Shown: positions 9,603 through 11,771 of the stretch, piece by piece | How positions within the stretch are numbered: position 1 is the first letter of the stretch | Layout: each line of letters begins with the position of its first letter | From: Planctomycetota bacterium | Lineage (GTDB): Bacteria; Planctomycetota; SZUA-567; H5-PLA8 | Length of the DNA stretch: 11,771 nt | Reading direction: 5' to 3' | Assembly: GCA_045863855.1 (NCBI GenBank) | Contig: BTVV01000165.1 | Location: 1-11,771, forward strand | Made by a program: the position numbers and the translations under genes | The notes under the pieces: model-generated | Database searches by the model: none | What the model was told of the DNA's origin: nothing | What the model saw: the letters and a program-made list of their open reading frames with translations, nothing else

Positions 9603-9642
9603 AGCCGTTTCATGCAAGCCCGCTTCGAAGGCCTGAAAGCGC

Positions 9643-9915
9643 TTACTTGTCTGCCGTGACCACGGTGACGACCTTGTCGCCGGCAATGGTCACCACCACG
9701 ATCCCGTCCGAACACTTGTACTTCCACACTTCGCCGCTCAACGGGCCGATGCCACCGGCGTTCATCTCGTCCGGCTTGCCCAGTGCCGATTCCATGTCGG
9801 CTTTCGTCTTAATGTCCTTGGCCTTCTCGTACACCGACTGCTTGCCGCCGCGGCCGCACCCGGCCAGCGTGCACGCCAACACCAACACGGCGAACCACTT
9901 ACTCCATCTGCGCAC
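9643..9915 (-). CDS. Small lipoprotein (90 aa), SmpA/OmlA (BamE/OsmE)-like fold suspected
   Basis: Strong SD GGAGGAG 5 nt before GTG at 9915, preferred over the track start at 9942. Signal peptide MRRWSKWFAVLVLACTLAG|C has a perfect LAGC lipobox. The mature part has TKADMESALGKPD...EVWKY followed by beta-strands. The CDS and lipoprotein call are strong; the family call is tentative. Confidence 0.8.
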   Translation of the reverse strand: MRRWSKWFAVLVLACTLAGCGRGGKQSVYEKAKDIKTKADMESALGKPDEMNAGGIGPLSGEVWKYKCSDGIVVVTIAGDKVVTVVTADK

Positions 9916-9955
9916 AGGAACTCCTCCGTTAATTTTCCGCACCCAGCCTCGCGGC

Positions 9956-11164
9956 TCAGCGATCCACTTCGGGAAGCACGATGTCGAAACTGCCGATCAC
10001 GGCGATCACATCGCCGATCATCAAGCCGCGCGTTACCTTTTCGAAGATGCCTAGCGCCGAAAAGCTGCCGGTGCGAATCTTCAGGCGCAGCGCGCAATCC
10101 GTTCCGTCGCTCACGCAGTAGTACCCCGTCTCGCCGCGCGGATTCTCGCTGCGCACGTAAACCTCGCCGGGCTTGATCTTCAGGCGCGCGGGAAGCTTAG
10201 CCTGATACTGCCGGTCGGGATGGTCGGCGGGCAGCTTCTCGGTTTCTTTCAGCTTGTCGACCACCTGGCGCAGAATCTTGAGCGACTCGAAGACTTCCTT
10301 CACGCGCACCACGAAGCGGTCGTAGCAATCGCCCAGCGTCCCTTGCGGGTTCGAGCCGTTGGGATCGCCGCCGTCGCCGACGGGCACGTTGAATTCGAGC
10401 TGGTCGTAAATGCTGTACGGTTCGTTTTTGCGCAGATCCCACTTCACGCCGCTGCCGCGCAGATTGGGCCCGACAAGCCCCCAGTTAATCGCATCTTCGG
10501 GCGAGACGATCCCGACGTTGCAAAGCCGCTCCTGGAAGATCGAGTTTCCGGTGATCAAATCGTTGAACTCGACCATGCGCGGATGCAGGTAATCGATGAA
10601 GCGGTCGCACTTCTCGATGAAGCCGGGCGGCGCGTCGTAGCTAACCCCGCCGATGGTGTAGTAGTTGTAAGTCAAGCGTGCGCCGCAGACTTCCTCGAAC
10701 AGGTCGTTCACGCGCTCGCGGTGGCAAATCCCGTGCAAAAACGGGGTGTACGCGCCCATGTCCATCGCCAGTGCGCCGATGCAGATCATGTGGCTGCTGA
10801 TACGATTGAGTTCGCCGCAGAGCACGCGGAGCAGTTCGGCGCGAAGCGGAAGCTTGTAGCCGCCCAGCGCTTCGACGCCCAGCGCGTAGGCGTAGTTCGA
10901 ATTCATCGAGCAGAGGTAATCGACGCGGTCGGTGTAGGGCATGAACTGGCGGTAATCGACGTACTCGCCGATCTTCTCGATCGCGCGGTGCAGGTAGCCG
11001 ATGTCGGGGCGTGCGCTGACGACGACTTCGCCGTCGGTCACGACCTCCAGCCGCAGCACACCGTGCGTCGACGGGTGGTGCGGCCCCATCGAAAGGACCA
11101 TCTCCTCGGCATGCACGCGCTGCGTGCTGCCCGACGGAGTCAAAACGCTTTGTGCATCGGACAT
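9956..11164 (-). CDS. nuoD: NADH-quinone oxidoreductase subunit D
   Basis: MGPHHPSTHGVLRL (quinone-site His pair), IGYLHRAIEK, DRVDY (quinone-site Tyr), ELNRISSH, GP.LRGSGV.WDLRK.EPY, ENPRGE.G.Y, C-terminal DIVLPEVDR. No NiFe-binding CxxC motifs. Confidence 0.97.
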   Translation of the reverse strand: MSDAQSVLTPSGSTQRVHAEEMVLSMGPHHPSTHGVLRLEVVTDGEVVVSARPDIGYLHRAIEKIGEYVDYRQFMPYTDRVDYLCSMNSNYAYALGVEALGGYKLPLRAELLRVLCGELNRISSHMICIGALAMDMGAYTPFLHGICHRERVNDLFEEVCGARLTYNYYTIGGVSYDAPPGFIEKCDRFIDYLHPRMVEFNDLITGNSIFQERLCNVGIVSPEDAINWGLVGPNLRGSGVKWDLRKNEPYSIYDQLEFNVPVGDGGDPNGSNPQGTLGDCYDRFVVRVKEVFESLKILRQVVDKLKETEKLPADHPDRQYQAKLPARLKIKPGEVYVRSENPRGETGYYCVSDGTDCALRLKIRTGSFSALGIFEKVTRGLMIGDVIAVIGSFDIVLPEVDR

Positions 11165-11235
11165 GCGGCTCGTTCCCGTGGCTGGCCGCGGCCCCGGTCG
11201 GGCGCGGCGTACGGCCTCGACGTTACTGGCTTCGT

Positions 11236-11771
11236 TCAGCCTTCCTTCTTGTCCTCGGCTCCGGCGGCGGCCGGCTTATGCTTGGCCTCTTCCGCCATCT
11301 CCTTCTTCACTTCGGCGGTCAAACGGTCCACCAGCTTCTTCTCTTCCTCTTCGCGCGCGGCGATCTCGCGGCGCACCGCGTCGGCGAAATACTGATGCAG
11401 CCGCGTCGTCGGAATCCCCTGGTACTCCTTCGGATACTCGAAATCCTTGCGCCCCGGATGCCCTTCCCAATCCGGCGGATTAAGAATGCGCCGCAGATCC
11501 GGGTGGCCCATGAACTTGATCCCGTACAAGTCGAACGCCTCGCGCTCGAAAAAATCCGCCGCGCCCCACAAGTCGCTGACCGTATCCACTTCGGCGTGGT
11601 CGCGATCCAGCACCGCCTTGACGATCACCTTATGCAGGTGCTTGAAGCTGTGCAGAGGGTAAACGACCCAGAGCGTCCAGCCGTTATCGGCGCCGGCCAG
11701 CGACATCAGGCTGTCGAAGGCCAGTTCGGGGTCATCCTTCAGGTAGCGCAGGATCGCCTTGTTGTGCGCGG
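11236..11771 (-). CDS. nuoC: NADH-quinone oxidoreductase subunit C (partial; start beyond window end)
   Basis: The frame is open to the window edge (AHNKAILRYLKDDPELAFDSLMSLAGAD...), so the track start at 11706 is internal. Motifs W.AADFFEREAFDLYGIKF.GHPDLRRIL.P.DWEGHP.RKD. Separate from nuoD, not fused. Confidence 0.95.
   Translation of the reverse strand, partial: AHNKAILRYLKDDPELAFDSLMSLAGADNGWTLWVVYPLHSFKHLHKVIVKAVLDRDHAEVDTVSDLWGAADFFEREAFDLYGIKFMGHPDLRRILNPPDWEGHPGRKDFEYPKEYQGIPTTRLHQYFADAVRREIAAREEEEKKLVDRLTAEVKKEMAEEAKHKPAAAGAEDKKEG

Noticed and set aside
9916..9942. Upstream start of the small ORF at 9942 given by the track
   Set aside because: The GGAGGAG SD and signal-peptide geometry favour GTG at 9915.
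9956..11164. Group 4 [NiFe]-hydrogenase large subunit (or MBX/Ehr-type complex)
   Set aside because: No N-terminal RxCGxC or C-terminal DPCxxC. The quinone-site His/His/Tyr residues and the EVDR terminus identify NuoD.

Overview
GC-rich bacterial window almost entirely occupied by a minus-strand respiratory complex I-like (nuo) cluster: nuoC (5' end outside window) - nuoD - small lipoprotein - nuoH - nuoI - [terminator + putative internal promoter] - nuoJ - nuoK - nuoL - nuoM - nuoN (3' end outside window). nuoN is missing from the ORF track and was translated by hand. The cluster departs from the canonical form in several ways. (1) nuoEFG (NADH input module) are absent from their usual slot, which holds a SmpA/OmlA-like lipoprotein gene instead. 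(2) The NuoL lateral amphipathic helix has an extra ~27-aa repeat unit, the signature of complexes with a fourth antiporter subunit ('2M'), yet only one nuoM lies between nuoL and nuoN. (3) That NuoM carries a ~140-aa soluble insertion and an ~80-aa tail. (4) NuoH has a ~48-aa insertion at the quinone-entry loop. (5) NuoI and NuoC have charged helical/Ala-Lys-Pro tails. Family assignments and canonical comparisons are from remembered motifs, not from searches, and taxonomy cannot be established from this window.
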